DNA of 64,000 nt from Eledone cirrhosa (lineage: Eukaryota), in the NCBI GenBank assembly GCA_964016885.1, contig OZ024746.1, positions 68,820,001-68,884,000 on the forward strand, read 5' to 3'. Both the position numbers and the translations under genes were made by a program. The notes below the pieces were generated by a model that was not told the origin of the DNA, did no database searches, and worked only from the letters and a program-made list of their open reading frames with translations. How positions within the stretch are numbered: the stretch's first letter is position 1; each line of letters begins with the position of its first letter. Below are positions 52,550-64,000 of the stretch, one piece after another.

Positions 52550-54384
52550 GAGAGATAGATGGATAGATATATACATAGATATTCAGATGATGATTCAGAA
52601 CGTGCTGAGCTGGAATATATACCAAAGCATTTAAATCCAATGCTTTATATATATAGATATGAAGGTCTGCATATTATTGCTTCATATTTGACACCAGAAG
52701 GCATTGTTATTTGTTTATATCTCACATGAATAATGTTCTCTGCAGCTTTGCAGTTTGACATATGAAGATCAGTTCTTTACTTTTAAAAAAGAAATAACAA
52801 ACAACTAACAGTTGCCATCTGAAAAGTTATCCAGCTATTGAATACTGTCACATCATCATCATCATCATCATTATTATCCTCATCACTGTCAAATGTCTAT
52901 TTTCTATGCTTGCATGGGTTAGATGAGCTGTCACATTATGAGGTTAGACGAGCTGTCACATTATGAGGTTAGACAGGTTAGGTAACAATGTCTTGATCAT
53001 ATGTTCGATTTTTGGTTTGGTTTTCTATGGCTTGATGCCCTTCCAAATACTGGCCACCTTACAGAGCAGACTGGTTGCTTTTTGTTGTGGCACTAACACT
53101 GTGGGAGAGCAAGCAACATGTCTTGGTGGTGTGTGTATGTATATATATATAAATATGTGGTTGGCATTAAGAAGGGCATCCAGCTGTAGAAAACCAACCA
53201 GAAACAGTCCTATATGAGTGAGACATGGTCACCCAACCCAACTTGCCTCTAAATGGGACAAACCCATCTAACCCTTGTCAGCGTGGAAGATAGATGTTAA
53301 TCGATGATGATGATGATGATAATGAACATATAAATGAGGTCTTGCTGTAAATGAGATGGGTGCTAGGAAAGGCATCCAGCTGTAGAAACCAAGCCAAAAT
53401 TGGTTCTGTATGAGCAAGACATGGTCACCTGACCTGGCATTGCTCACAACAGGATAACTCGTCTAACCCATGCCAGCATGGAAAAATGGACATTAAACAG
53501 AGATGATGATGATGATGATGATGATATCAGTCATCATCACCATTTAATATCTATCTTTCATATTTGCATGGGTTAGACAGGTTGCTATATCAACAAGTAT
53601 AGCCTAGATGAAATTCGTTAGTAATGTATATAACATGAAATATTTAAACAAAAAAAACCTTCCAGGAGAAGATATATATTTCCACTTAAAAGTAAAGATT
53701 TGCAGTGTAGTGGGATGAAAGATAATGGAGAATGTACAAAAAAAAAAAAGTTAGCCATCTTGTGATACTGGGACAAATAAATTTTGTTGTAGTGAACACT
53801 TTTAAAATAACTAAATGTTTGTTATTATAGAGAACACTTAACCAGGATAACAGTCAGAAGGATTTGAACCTAAAACCTCATGATTGTGAAACAAACTTCT
53901 TAACCACACAACTATACCTGATCCAATTGTTTTTCTCATCTTTATTTTATGCATTATTCTTCACCAATTTATAAAATTCAATTTTTATAAAATGTCTGAA
54001 GATATTTTTGCATGTGTATGTGTTTGTGAGTGTGTCTGTTTATTTTGCGTTTTTTGTTTGTTTTATTTAATACTTTTTGAATTAGTTTTTAATATGCTGG
54101 TTATATTTTCAGAGGTTCCAGAAAATATTCCCTGCAGACGTGAAGATGTGAGAATCAACGCAACATGAGACATCATCTACAGAAAAATAACATGGATGAA
54201 GTATCATAACAATAATTATTTCTTTATTTGCCACAAGGGCCGATAATTATTTCTTTATCGGTCATAAAGAAACAATGTACTATATATATACTTGTAGGTA
54301 GAACATGGTGTTTTACTTTAAAAAATGTCAGACATTAAAAGCTGCATGTGATTTATTTACCAAACTTTGTTCTGAGCTTTTTTT

Positions 54385-54740
54385 TTCTTCTTCTTCGCCC
54401 ATTTATTCCTGAGACAGTTGTGGGGGCAGAGTCCTCAAAAACTCCTTCCAGCGGGTCCTGTCAGAAGCAACCATCTCTAACTGATCCGGCTGGATCCCCA
54501 AGCATGACCAGCCAAGCTCATGGATGCTATCCAACCATCTTGCTCGGAGTCTACCCCTGGGTTTATTGCCAGTTGGTTTTGCCCATAAAATCTGTCCAGC
54601 AAGTCTTTCCTGAGACATTCTAACCATATGCCCATAGTATTGGAGCTGTGATCTCTCAATTCAGAGAAGTAGTGACTCTACCTGGAGTGACGCACTTTTT
54701 TGAGCAACGTTACTCCAAAGACCCTTCGGAGAAATCTCGT
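54385..54740 (-). mobile_element. RTE 3' fragment (second family)
   Basis: GHMVRMSQERLAGQILWAKPTGNKPRGRLRARWLDSI; (AAG)n tail. Confidence 0.8.
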
Positions 54741-55824
54741 TCTGGACTTGAAATACTAAATAATTGTTTCCACTTTTGGCACAAGGCCAGCAATTTGAAG
54801 GGAATGGGGTAAGTCAATTAAATCAATCTCAGTGCTTTATTAGTACTTCATTTTATTGACCCTGTAAGGATGAAAGGCCAAGCTAACCTCGGCAGGATTG
54901 GAACTCAATACTAAATAATGATTTCTACGATAGGCACAAGGCCAATAATTTTAGGGGTGGGGAAAGTCAATTAAATCAACCTTGGTGCATTACCAGTGCT
55001 TTATTTTATCAATCCCCCGTAAAGATAAAAGGCAAAGCTAACCTTGGTGGGATTTGAACTCAGAACGTAAAGGGCCATAACTATATGCCACGAAGCATGT
55101 TGTCCAATGTTCTACCAATACTGCCAATCCACTGCCCTAAATAATTGTTTCTAGTTTTAGCACAAGGCCAGCAATTACCCCAGTGTATTACTGGTGCTTT
55201 ATTTTATCAACCCCATAAGGATGGAAGGCAAAGTTAACCTCAGTAGAATTTGAACTCAGACCGTAAAGGGCCGTAACTCTATGCTGCAAAGCATGGTGTC
55301 CGAGCCTCTACCAATATTGCCAATCCACCGCCCTTACTTTCAATCCATGAAGGCAAAATAGTATAGATAGAAGGGGAGTGCAAATTTTAATTATGTATTT
55401 TCTAAATGCAAAGAATTAAAAAAAAAAGAAATTGCAATGCAGATATTTCCATTTTGACTACTGTATATAATCATATATAATTTGAGTATATAAATTCAAA
55501 TATTAGAATTGCAATTTCTTTTAAAAAATATTCTATGAATTTAGAAAATACATAATTAACTCTGTCAGAAATATCAGCTGATAGATTCACAGCATAGATA
55601 ATATCACATTTAGATTCTTCTCATATGAAGTAATAATATGTCCATGTAGAGGCAACGTGACTAGGTGGATAAGATTAGTATTTGCTTGATTATGAGTTGC
55701 CATCATTGTTGTTGTTGTGCCTCTATTCAGCCCTGATAGAGCAAACCTCAGATAAAAAGCATTCTAACATTGATCATCCTGTTTTGTTTTGGGGGCTTTT
55801 GGGGGGCAGAGGTAAACATAGTTT

Positions 55825-57015
55825 ATAATAATAATAATGAAATTATTGTGTAAAGTGCTCAGGTGCACTACAACTCGTCAATATAGTACATAGAATAATA
55901 CACAAATGCCAGGGAAGTACATGTTTGTATGTGTTAGCTGTAGTGTTGGCGGATCTCGGGAAGCATGGAGGCCTTAAAGGATGCAGTGTCTCGACAGCTA
56001 ACAACTGATGCAAGTAGTTTGTTCCATGCTTCAGCAACTCTGAGCGTGAAAAAATGTTTCCGAAAGTCATGGGAACTGTGCTGTTTTCTTACTTTGTGGG
56101 CATGTCCACGTGTGTTAGACACATGGAAATCGAAAAGGCACTCAGGGTTGTTGTTGGCAACATGGTTAACAATTTTGTGGGTGTTTACCAAGTCAGTTGC
56201 CAGGCGTCGGAGCTTCAATGAATCCATGCCCAGGGAAGCAAGGCGCTCAGAGTATGGTAGATGCCTGATGGAGGGTATTCGCTTGGTTGCACGTCTCTGA
56301 ACAGTTTCCAGGCGGTCAATGTCCTGAGCAAGATAGGGGTTCCAGACTGGTGATGCAAATTCTAAGTGTGGTCGCACCATAGCTGTATACAGCCTTAAAT
56401 AGATATCTGGAGAGCGGCTGACAAAGGTCTTGCTGAGTGATGCTAAGACACCCTCGGCCCTCTTGACAATTTTAGAGACGTGCCTCGTCCAACGCAAATC
56501 GCTGCTGACCGTAATGCCCAGGTCACGTTCACAGGAAGACTTCTTGATATTAGTGCTGTGGAGGGAGTATGTGGACGCTGGGTTTTTACTCCCAAAATGC
56601 ATGGTGGTGCACTTGTCCACAGCTAGCTTGAGTTGCCAGTTTGAGATCCATTGTTGCATTGTGTCCAGGTCAGACTGCAAGCAAGATCTATAGTGTTCAG
56701 GATCTGTCCTTTTTATCTCAAGGTACAGCTTGATGTCGTCTGCGTACTTTAGTACTGTGGCATTCCTTAAGTTGGCATCTATGTCATTAATAGATGCCAC
56801 AAACAAAAGGGGGCCAAGAACAGATCCCTGAGGTACACCAGATGACATCTCATATGGTGAGGAATGCTGTCCCAGAACCGTGGCTACCTCTCTTCGACTG
56901 AGAATGAAGGACTTCAACCAGTTAAAAAGATCATCCTTCACACCCATTGCAGAGAGTTTTGCCATAAGCCTTTTGTGTGGCACAGAATTGAAGGCCTTCG
57001 CAAAGTCAAGGACTA
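55825..57015 (-). mobile_element. 5'-truncated CR1-type LINE (RT C-terminal half, ORF 55934-56983)
   Basis: DFAKAF, SGVPQGSVLGPLLF, KYADD, ERDLG, LYTAMVRPHLEFA..WNP, QRRATK, RGH..K, FFTLRV..WNKL; (ATT)n tail. Confidence 0.9.
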
Positions 57016-58409
57016 CATTATCTAATGTGGTTTTTCTTTTTAAATTTGGCTGTTATTTTTAGCAAGCTGGGTAGCCACATTGAGACATCCCTTGCTGGCT
57101 TGTATATTAGTCAGAGAAAGAAGGACAAGGTCTGCCAGGACATGTAAGAAAAAAAGAAGTTATCCTCAGACTGGAAACCTGGCTTAAATGCATGCAACAG
57201 AGTGGACACAGTTAAAAACACCCATGGTTCAGATTCTGGTGTTAAACCAACCAATGAATTGCCATTTGTATATACTCTAATTCACATAATTGTGAAGAAT
57301 CAACAGAAAAATCTTGTTAATCTTACCTGCAATACAATACATGATATTCTATTCAAAGAAGATTTGTCTCATCCATAAACACTACTGAATACACAGTTGA
57401 ACAGCAGTTTTATGAACTTGTGGAAACATCATTTATCAGGAGAGTTCATATATAATCAATAATAATTATATTCTCCTATGTTGAGTCATGTCTAAGAAAT
57501 CTCATTTTCTTTTTGTGGGCTGAGTGTCAGTACAACAATAATAACAATAACAGAACACATGACAATAAAATCTTTTCTTACCTTACCAATCTGAATCTAA
57601 TGACTTTTGGTTGCAATGAAGAGTTTGAAGTGTTTCGGAGAGAAGAAAACAAAAGATTGATAGATTATTTTGAAACGAGAAAAGATGATTAAGAAAACTA
57701 AATGCAGACAGAATTTTGATAGACTGAAGGAAGAAAAATGTCATACTTTTCTATTTCAGTTTATATGGATGTCATGGAAATAATTTTTCAAAGATATCTA
57801 TTAATTTGTGAATATAAGAAAATGTTTTCTTTATTTCAAAACTGGTAAACAACATAACAAAACTACTTCATATATTAAAAATAAATTACAAACTGGAAAT
57901 TGAAAATTGAGTATATACTATATATCAGACCATTTACATCTATCTCCATTATCTTTCTGTAGATGAAAATCAATAATCATCACCCACCCTTGCAAGCAGG
58001 GAAAAGCGGGCGTAAAATGATGATGATGATGATTATAGTTTAAACAGTCTAAAGAACTAAAAAACAACAAAAAACCCAACAAATTCAAATGGACTAATGA
58101 ATTAGTCTTTAATCTTAATTGCAGTTCTGGTCAACAAGTTTTGCTTCGAATAAAATTTCTGGGAAACCATGTGTAGAGCCATTAATAGTTAAGGAAAGTA
58201 AATTAACTTTACATAACTGTAACTGGTTCCATAGATATGTTTATAGACAATCAACAGGAATAGATGTTCAGTCAATTAGATAAACATTGGTACATTTTCA
58301 AAGACATTTTCCTGAAAAATAAATAAAAGGTACTACAGGAAAAAATATATGATGTCTGAGTTTTATTCTGTTCTTGTTGGTTTGTCATTTAGATGTCCCT
58401 TATTACTGT

Positions 58410-58622
58410 TTAACCTTTTAGCATTTACGTTACTCTATATTTATTATTATATTTTCACGATAAATAATTATCTCATAATATGGAATCTATGAGATTTTGA
58501 TATCATTTATTTTGAAAACAATACCTTAACATCAGTATGAGTGGCCAGTTACAGCCGATTTGAACAGAAAGAGGTGAGAGAATTCTGGCCGGCTATGGCC
58601 GGTTTAAATGCTAAAGGGTTAA
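58410..58622 (-). mobile_element. piggyBac-type MITE
   Basis: TTAA-CCTTTTAGCATTT...AAATGCTAAAGGG-TTAA. Confidence 0.85.
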
Positions 58623-59694
58623 ATAGCTATATGTTATATATATATATATATCATTGTCATCATCATCATCACCATTTAACATCTTATTTTCCATACTTGC
58701 ATGGGTCAGACAGGTCATCCATGCCATGAGGCAAGTATGGCCATTTGGCCATGCCATACCTGTATTGTGGGCGGTTTTTTTTTTACAGCTGGATGTCCTT
58801 CCTAATACCAACCATGCTGACAGTGTAGAACTAGGTGATCCTGTTATGAAAGGGTTCTGGCCAATTGGCCACACTGTACCCTGCTCATAAGCGGGGCCAC
58901 CAAGCTCCCAAATATGGATCTGCTTGTGAGCAGGGTACAGCTCATAAGGTCTGGTCAGTTCAATCAACTATAGAAATGGGTTACAACATGACTGACGCCA
59001 AGCTGCATCAGTTTTTGCCTTTCCCTTGGATAATATTGTTGGCATAGTGAAGGGAGACTGGTATGCATGGGTGATTGCAGGTTTTCTACAAAAACACGTT
59101 GAGCCTCAGTGGAGAATTTCTAGATGCAAAACCCATGGTCATTTCTTTTTTTATGAATGTATGTATGTATGTGTGTATATAAATGTATCTCCTTTTCGGG
59201 TAGTGTTTTCGATGCTCAGAGAGTAGGATTGGTCGAGTGCAAGGCTTTTCCCCACTTAAAAGACCTTCAAAGCACAGGTATTGCTTGTTCAGGATATGTT
59301 ACAGGTGCGCGTGGCTGGCCATAGCATAAAAGTGCACCAAACTCTATAATCTGACAAGCAATTGCAATACTCTTAGCAGAGTTTGTAGCCATCATATGTA
59401 TGTATGTATGTATGTATGTACATATGTATGTGTGTATATGCGTATGTGTGTGTATGTAAATATGTGTGTGCATGTAAATATGTGTGTGTATGTAAATTGT
59501 GTGTATGTGTGTATGTGTGTATGTATATATGCATGTACGTATGTACATATGTGTGTATCTGTGTATGTATAATGTATGTATGTATGTACGTATATATGCA
59601 TGTATATGTATGAGTGTGTATGTATATATATATATATATGTATGAGTGTGTATGTATATATATATATATTTATATATGTATGTATGTATGGATG

Positions 59695-59740
<46 letters not shown>

Positions 59741-59850
59741 CATACATATATATATATATATATATGTGTATGTATGTATGTATGTATATATGTATGTATG
59801 TATGTATATATATATATATGTATGTATGTATATATATGTATATATATATT

Positions 59851-59882
<32 letters not shown>

Positions 59883-59939
59883 TGTATGTATGTATGTATA
59901 TATGTTTATATATATGTATGTATGTATGTATGTATATAT

Positions 59940-60138
59940 GGAATGTTTTACATATTTTTACTGTTCCATTAATGAATTGTACTTGTAGTTTCCTAACTAG
60001 TTGTGTTCTTTCTGTTTCTGTGAAGCCTAGCTTCTCAAGATTTGTATTGAGGCAGTTACTAACATACCCCAGTGCCCCAATAATCACAGGCATAAATCTG
60101 AAGGTGTAATCAGGGTGGAGTATCTGCAGATTTCTCAT
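59940..60138 (-). pseudogene. C-terminal fragment of an R4/Dong-like (restriction-like endonuclease) retrotransposon
   Basis: [30 protein letters not shown] resembles the P(V/I)(V/I)IG(A/S)LG motif at the RLE C-terminus; embedded in (TATG)n. Confidence 0.6.
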
Positions 60139-60163
60139 ATATGTATGTATATATGTATGTATG

Positions 60164-60195
<32 letters not shown>

Positions 60196-60258
60196 TATAT
60201 ATGTATGTATGTATGTATGTATATATTATGTATATATGTATGTATGTATGTATATATC

Positions 60259-60865
60259 AGGTCTCCAGTTGGTGCTACTGGTAACATGTATCCCAGTACA
60301 ACCTGTCTCATGGTCGGGTCATTGGCGACTAAACTGGCAACCCCACCAAGGTTTCTTGGTGAGGAGGGTGAATTTGGACATCCTGCAGGACTAAAAACAA
60401 AACCTGTCAAAGGGCAAAGAAGCTCTTAAGAGTCAATGGCTATCCAAAATCACCGGGAGAGATGACCCCTTAGCCTTTGTCAAGGCAGAATTCTAGGAGA
60501 AGTAAAACTATGATATAACACCTGCAACCCTGATGGTATCCAATGATGTTGACTTGTTCTTCTTTTTGGTAAATATCATCTTGGTTAAGAGAGTAGGACT
60601 GGCTTTGTGCAGTGCCTTTGCTCACTATAAAAGCTTCACGGCACAGGCATTGCTTCATATCTGGAGATCTCTCTGCACATGTCGTCACATGGTACCATGG
60701 GCCCAGCACTATGTGTCAATAATTGTCACAGGTGTAGTGTTTGTACCAGAGTTTTCAAGTTGCTGGCTGGACTAAAAAGTCACTCATTCAGCTCATCGGT
60801 AGGGGTTCTCCTACATGGATATAAAGTAGTGGCCGTACTCAAAAACGAGTTGGCAGCCACCATAT
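60259..60865 (+). mobile_element. Internally deleted RTE-type derivative (5' UTR-like part + C-terminal zinc-finger end)
   Basis: 5' UTR-like TAGGAGAAGTAAAACT motif; 3' end encodes [17 protein letters not shown]; ends in (TATG)n. Inverted 3' copy at 61231-61355. Confidence 0.55.
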
Positions 60866-60938
60866 ATGTATGTATATATATATATGTATGTATGTATATA
60901 TATATATCTATGTATGTATATATATATATGTATGTATG

Positions 60939-60975
<37 letters not shown>

Positions 60976-60994
60976 ATATATATATGTATGTATG

Positions 60995-61031
<37 letters not shown>

Positions 61032-61128
61032 GTATGTATATATATATATGTATGTACATATATATATATATATATATATGTATGTAATATATATATATAT
61101 GTATGTATATATATATATATGTATGTAT

Positions 61129-61162
<34 letters not shown>

Positions 61163-61180
61163 GTATATATATATATGTAT

Positions 61181-61212
<32 letters not shown>

Positions 61213-61432
61213 GTATGTACATACATATATATATGGTGGCTGCCAACTCGTTTTTGAGTACGGCCACTACTTTATATCCATGTAGGAGAACCCCTACCGA
61301 TGAGCTGAATGAGTGACTTTTTAGTCCAGCCAGCAACTTGAAAACTCTGGTACAAAAATAAATTTCAATATATATATATATATATATGTAGAAATATATA
61401 TATATATATATATGTATAAATAAAATAAATTT

Positions 61433-61477
<45 letters not shown>

Positions 61478-61486
61478 GAAATAAAA

Positions 61487-64000
61487 TAAATTTCAAAGCA
61501 TATTACTTGATGCTTTCGACAGTAAGGAAGAGCATTTAGAGTCGGACAATATAGAGGGACAGTGGGAATTTCTGAAAGCAAACCTGCTGTTGGCGACAGA
61601 CGAAGTCTGTGGCTGGAGCAGGCTTGTAGGCAGGAGGAGAGTAACATGGTGGTGGAACAGTAGGGTGGAGGGGTCAATTAAGGCAAAAAAGCAGGCTTGG
61701 AAAGTATGGCGGGATGGGGGAAGTAGAGAAGACTATCAAGTGGCCAGGAGGGAAGCTAGGAGACAAGTGTACTTCGCAAGAAGGGAAGCAGAGGAAAGAA
61801 AGTTCAAGCATGTTCTACAATGCGAGGACCAAAAACGTGAGGTGTTCAGGATTGCTAGGCAATGTGTCAAGGAAAACCGTGATATTGTCGGGGAGAAGTG
61901 TGTACTTAACAATGACGGCATACTTGCCATCACCGACGCTGATAAGAAGGTAGCTTGGAAGTGCCACTATGAAAGGCTACTAAATGAGGAGAATAAATGG
62001 GAGAAAGACAGTCTCCCCCACATCGACCCAATAGAGGGACCAGCAGTGTTAGTCGAGGGTAGTATAATAAGTAAGGCAATCAAGGATATGAAGACGGGTA
62101 AGGCGGCTGGGCCTTAGGAAATAGTTGCTGAGATGCTGAAGGCATCTGGTACGGTGGGACACACCATGGTCACCCGCATAGTTAACCAAGTCGTACAGAA
62201 TGGGGTTGTTCCGAAGGACTGGCATAGCAGCATCATCGTTAACTGTTATAAGGGTAAAGGAGATTCCCTAGATAGGAGTAACTATAGAGGCATTAAACTA
62301 ATCGACCAGGTCATGAAGGTCACGGAAAAAGTAATAGCGCAACTAATCAGAGAGAGAATTGACCTAGATGAAATGCAGTTCGGGTTTGTGTCAGGCAAAA
62401 GTACCACAGACGCTCTTTACATTGTACGTCAACTACAGGAGAAGTACCTAGCTAAAGGTAAACCCCTCTACTTAGCTTTTGTCGACTTGGAGAAAGCCTT
62501 CGACAGAGTCCCCCGTTCCATTATCTGGTGGGCCCTTAGAAAACTAGGTGTCGACGAATGGCTTGTGAGAGCTATACAAGCCATGTATAAAGAAACAGTG
62601 AGCAAGGTTAGAATTAACAACGAATATAGTGAAGAGTTTAGCATAAAAGTTGGCGTCCATCAGGGCTCTGTTCTCAGCCCACTACTATTTATTATTGCCC
62701 TTCAGGCTATAACAGAGGAGTTCAAGACCGGCTGCCCATGGGAACTCCTATACGCAGACGACCTGACACTCGTAGCTGAATCAATGGCCGAGCTAGAGAA
62801 TAAATTCCAAACATGGAAGCACGGCCTAGAATCAAAAGGCCTTAAAATTAACCTGGCTAAGACTAAAGTTCTAGTTTGTAGGAAAGAAAATAAGGCGGCG
62901 GTCCCTTCCGGGAAATGGCCATGCTCAGTGTGTAGGAAAGGCGTAGGTAGAAACTCCATTTTATGTCCCAAATGCAAAGTATGGGTGCATAAAAGATGTA
63001 GTGGGATCACAGGTAAGCTAACTAAGAACTTAGATTTTACATGTGGGTGGTGCTCTGGTGCAATAAGTAGCAGCGAGTGCCCACAAAATACTAACTCTTT
63101 CAATTGCGCAGAGGGCTCTATAGAAATAGTGGACAGCTTCCGTTACCTGGGTGACAAAATCAGCAGTGGGGGAGGGTGCTCCGAAAGTACAGTAGCTAGA
63201 GTCAGAACTGGATGGAAAAAGTTCAGAGAGCTTATACCACTATTAGCCGCTAAAGGGTTCTCCCTAAAAATGAAAGGCAGGTTGTATAAAAATGAAAGGC
63301 AGGTTGTATAAAAATGAAAGGCAGGTTGTATGATGCCTGCATACGAACAGCAATGTTGCATGGCAGTGAGACCTGGGCATTGTGCGCAGAGGATATACGC
63401 AGACTAGAGAGGAACGAAGCTTGCATGCTCCGCTGGATGTGTAATAGTAATATACGTGAACGGCAAAGCATAAACGAACTAAGGAAAAAATTAGAAATAA
63501 GAGGGATCAGATGTTGTTTACTCGAGAGAAGGCTACGTTGGTACGGACACGTGATGCGCATGAAAGTCGATAGCTGTATAACAAAGTGCAGGGTAATAAA
63601 GATAGACGGTAGCCATGGAATAGGCAGACCTAGAAAATCCTGGGACGAGCTGATAAACTCCGACCTCACACACTTACACCTCTCCAAGACAATGTCACTG
63701 GACCGAGACCTTTGGCGGTACTCAGTAATAGAGAAGACCCGCCTTACCTAAATACATAGTAAAACCTACTACAGCCAGTAGGCATCTCTAACAAAATACA
63801 CCCCCGTCCCACCACCCACACCCCATTCACACCACCCCCTCCTATGTAAAGTTATGTTGGTGCCACAACATCCAGGCCGAAACAAATGAGATCGTGTAGG
63901 TGTCACGACAAAAAAACACACAGTCCACGCTGTAATGTGGCCGTGTAGGCAACACGGTAAAAACCTCCCAGCCCCACACTGTAAATGTGGTTGGTGTTAG
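61487..64000 (+). mobile_element. RTE LINE copy, 5'-truncated and disrupted, running off the window end
   Basis: Highly similar to 27700-29978; TCG>TAG nonsense at 62115-62117; 22-bp unit triplicated at 63265-63330 causes a frameshift; ORF end at 63751. Confidence 0.93.

Noticed and set aside
52585-52626. ATGATGA-TTCAG..CTGAG-CT-GGAATATATA decayed hammerhead candidate
   Set aside because: Both core halves are mutated and stem I is absent; too weak to call without paralogues.
60340-60375. GAGGAGGG as a twister ribozyme 3' end
   Set aside because: The upstream conserved twister segment (GUCCCAAGCCC-like) is missing.
61290-61355. CCGATGA...GAAAAC as a hammerhead
   Set aside because: No stem I; the sequence is explained as the antisense of an RTE-type zinc-finger 3' end.

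Overview
AT-rich, repeat-dominated metazoan genomic DNA. The SINE/LINE repertoire and the very dense (TA)n/(TATG)n arrays suggest an octopod cephalopod, which is an inference. No intact host gene is recognisable, and most long ORF-track entries are microsatellite translations. Supported content: two long, closely related RTE-clade LINE copies (27.5-30.0 kb with an open 793-aa RT ORF; 61.5-64 kb disrupted) plus truncated copies, a CR1-type RT fragment, an R4/Dong-like C-terminal fragment, a TIR-complete but dead mariner, a non-autonomous Helitron, hAT- and piggyBac-type MITEs, and two tRNA-derived SINE families, one sharing the RTE 3' tail. The most striking signal lies outside all ORFs. About a dozen short non-coding inserts, mostly bordered by (TA)n arrays and many folded back as 40-210 bp inverted repeats, carry type I hammerhead ribozyme motifs (CUGANGA-stem II-GAAA-short, often palindromic stem III-NUH-stem I). 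They belong to several sequence-unrelated families. This fits non-autonomous Penelope-like pLTR/retrozyme-type elements that target microsatellites. All folds were read by eye and are untested.
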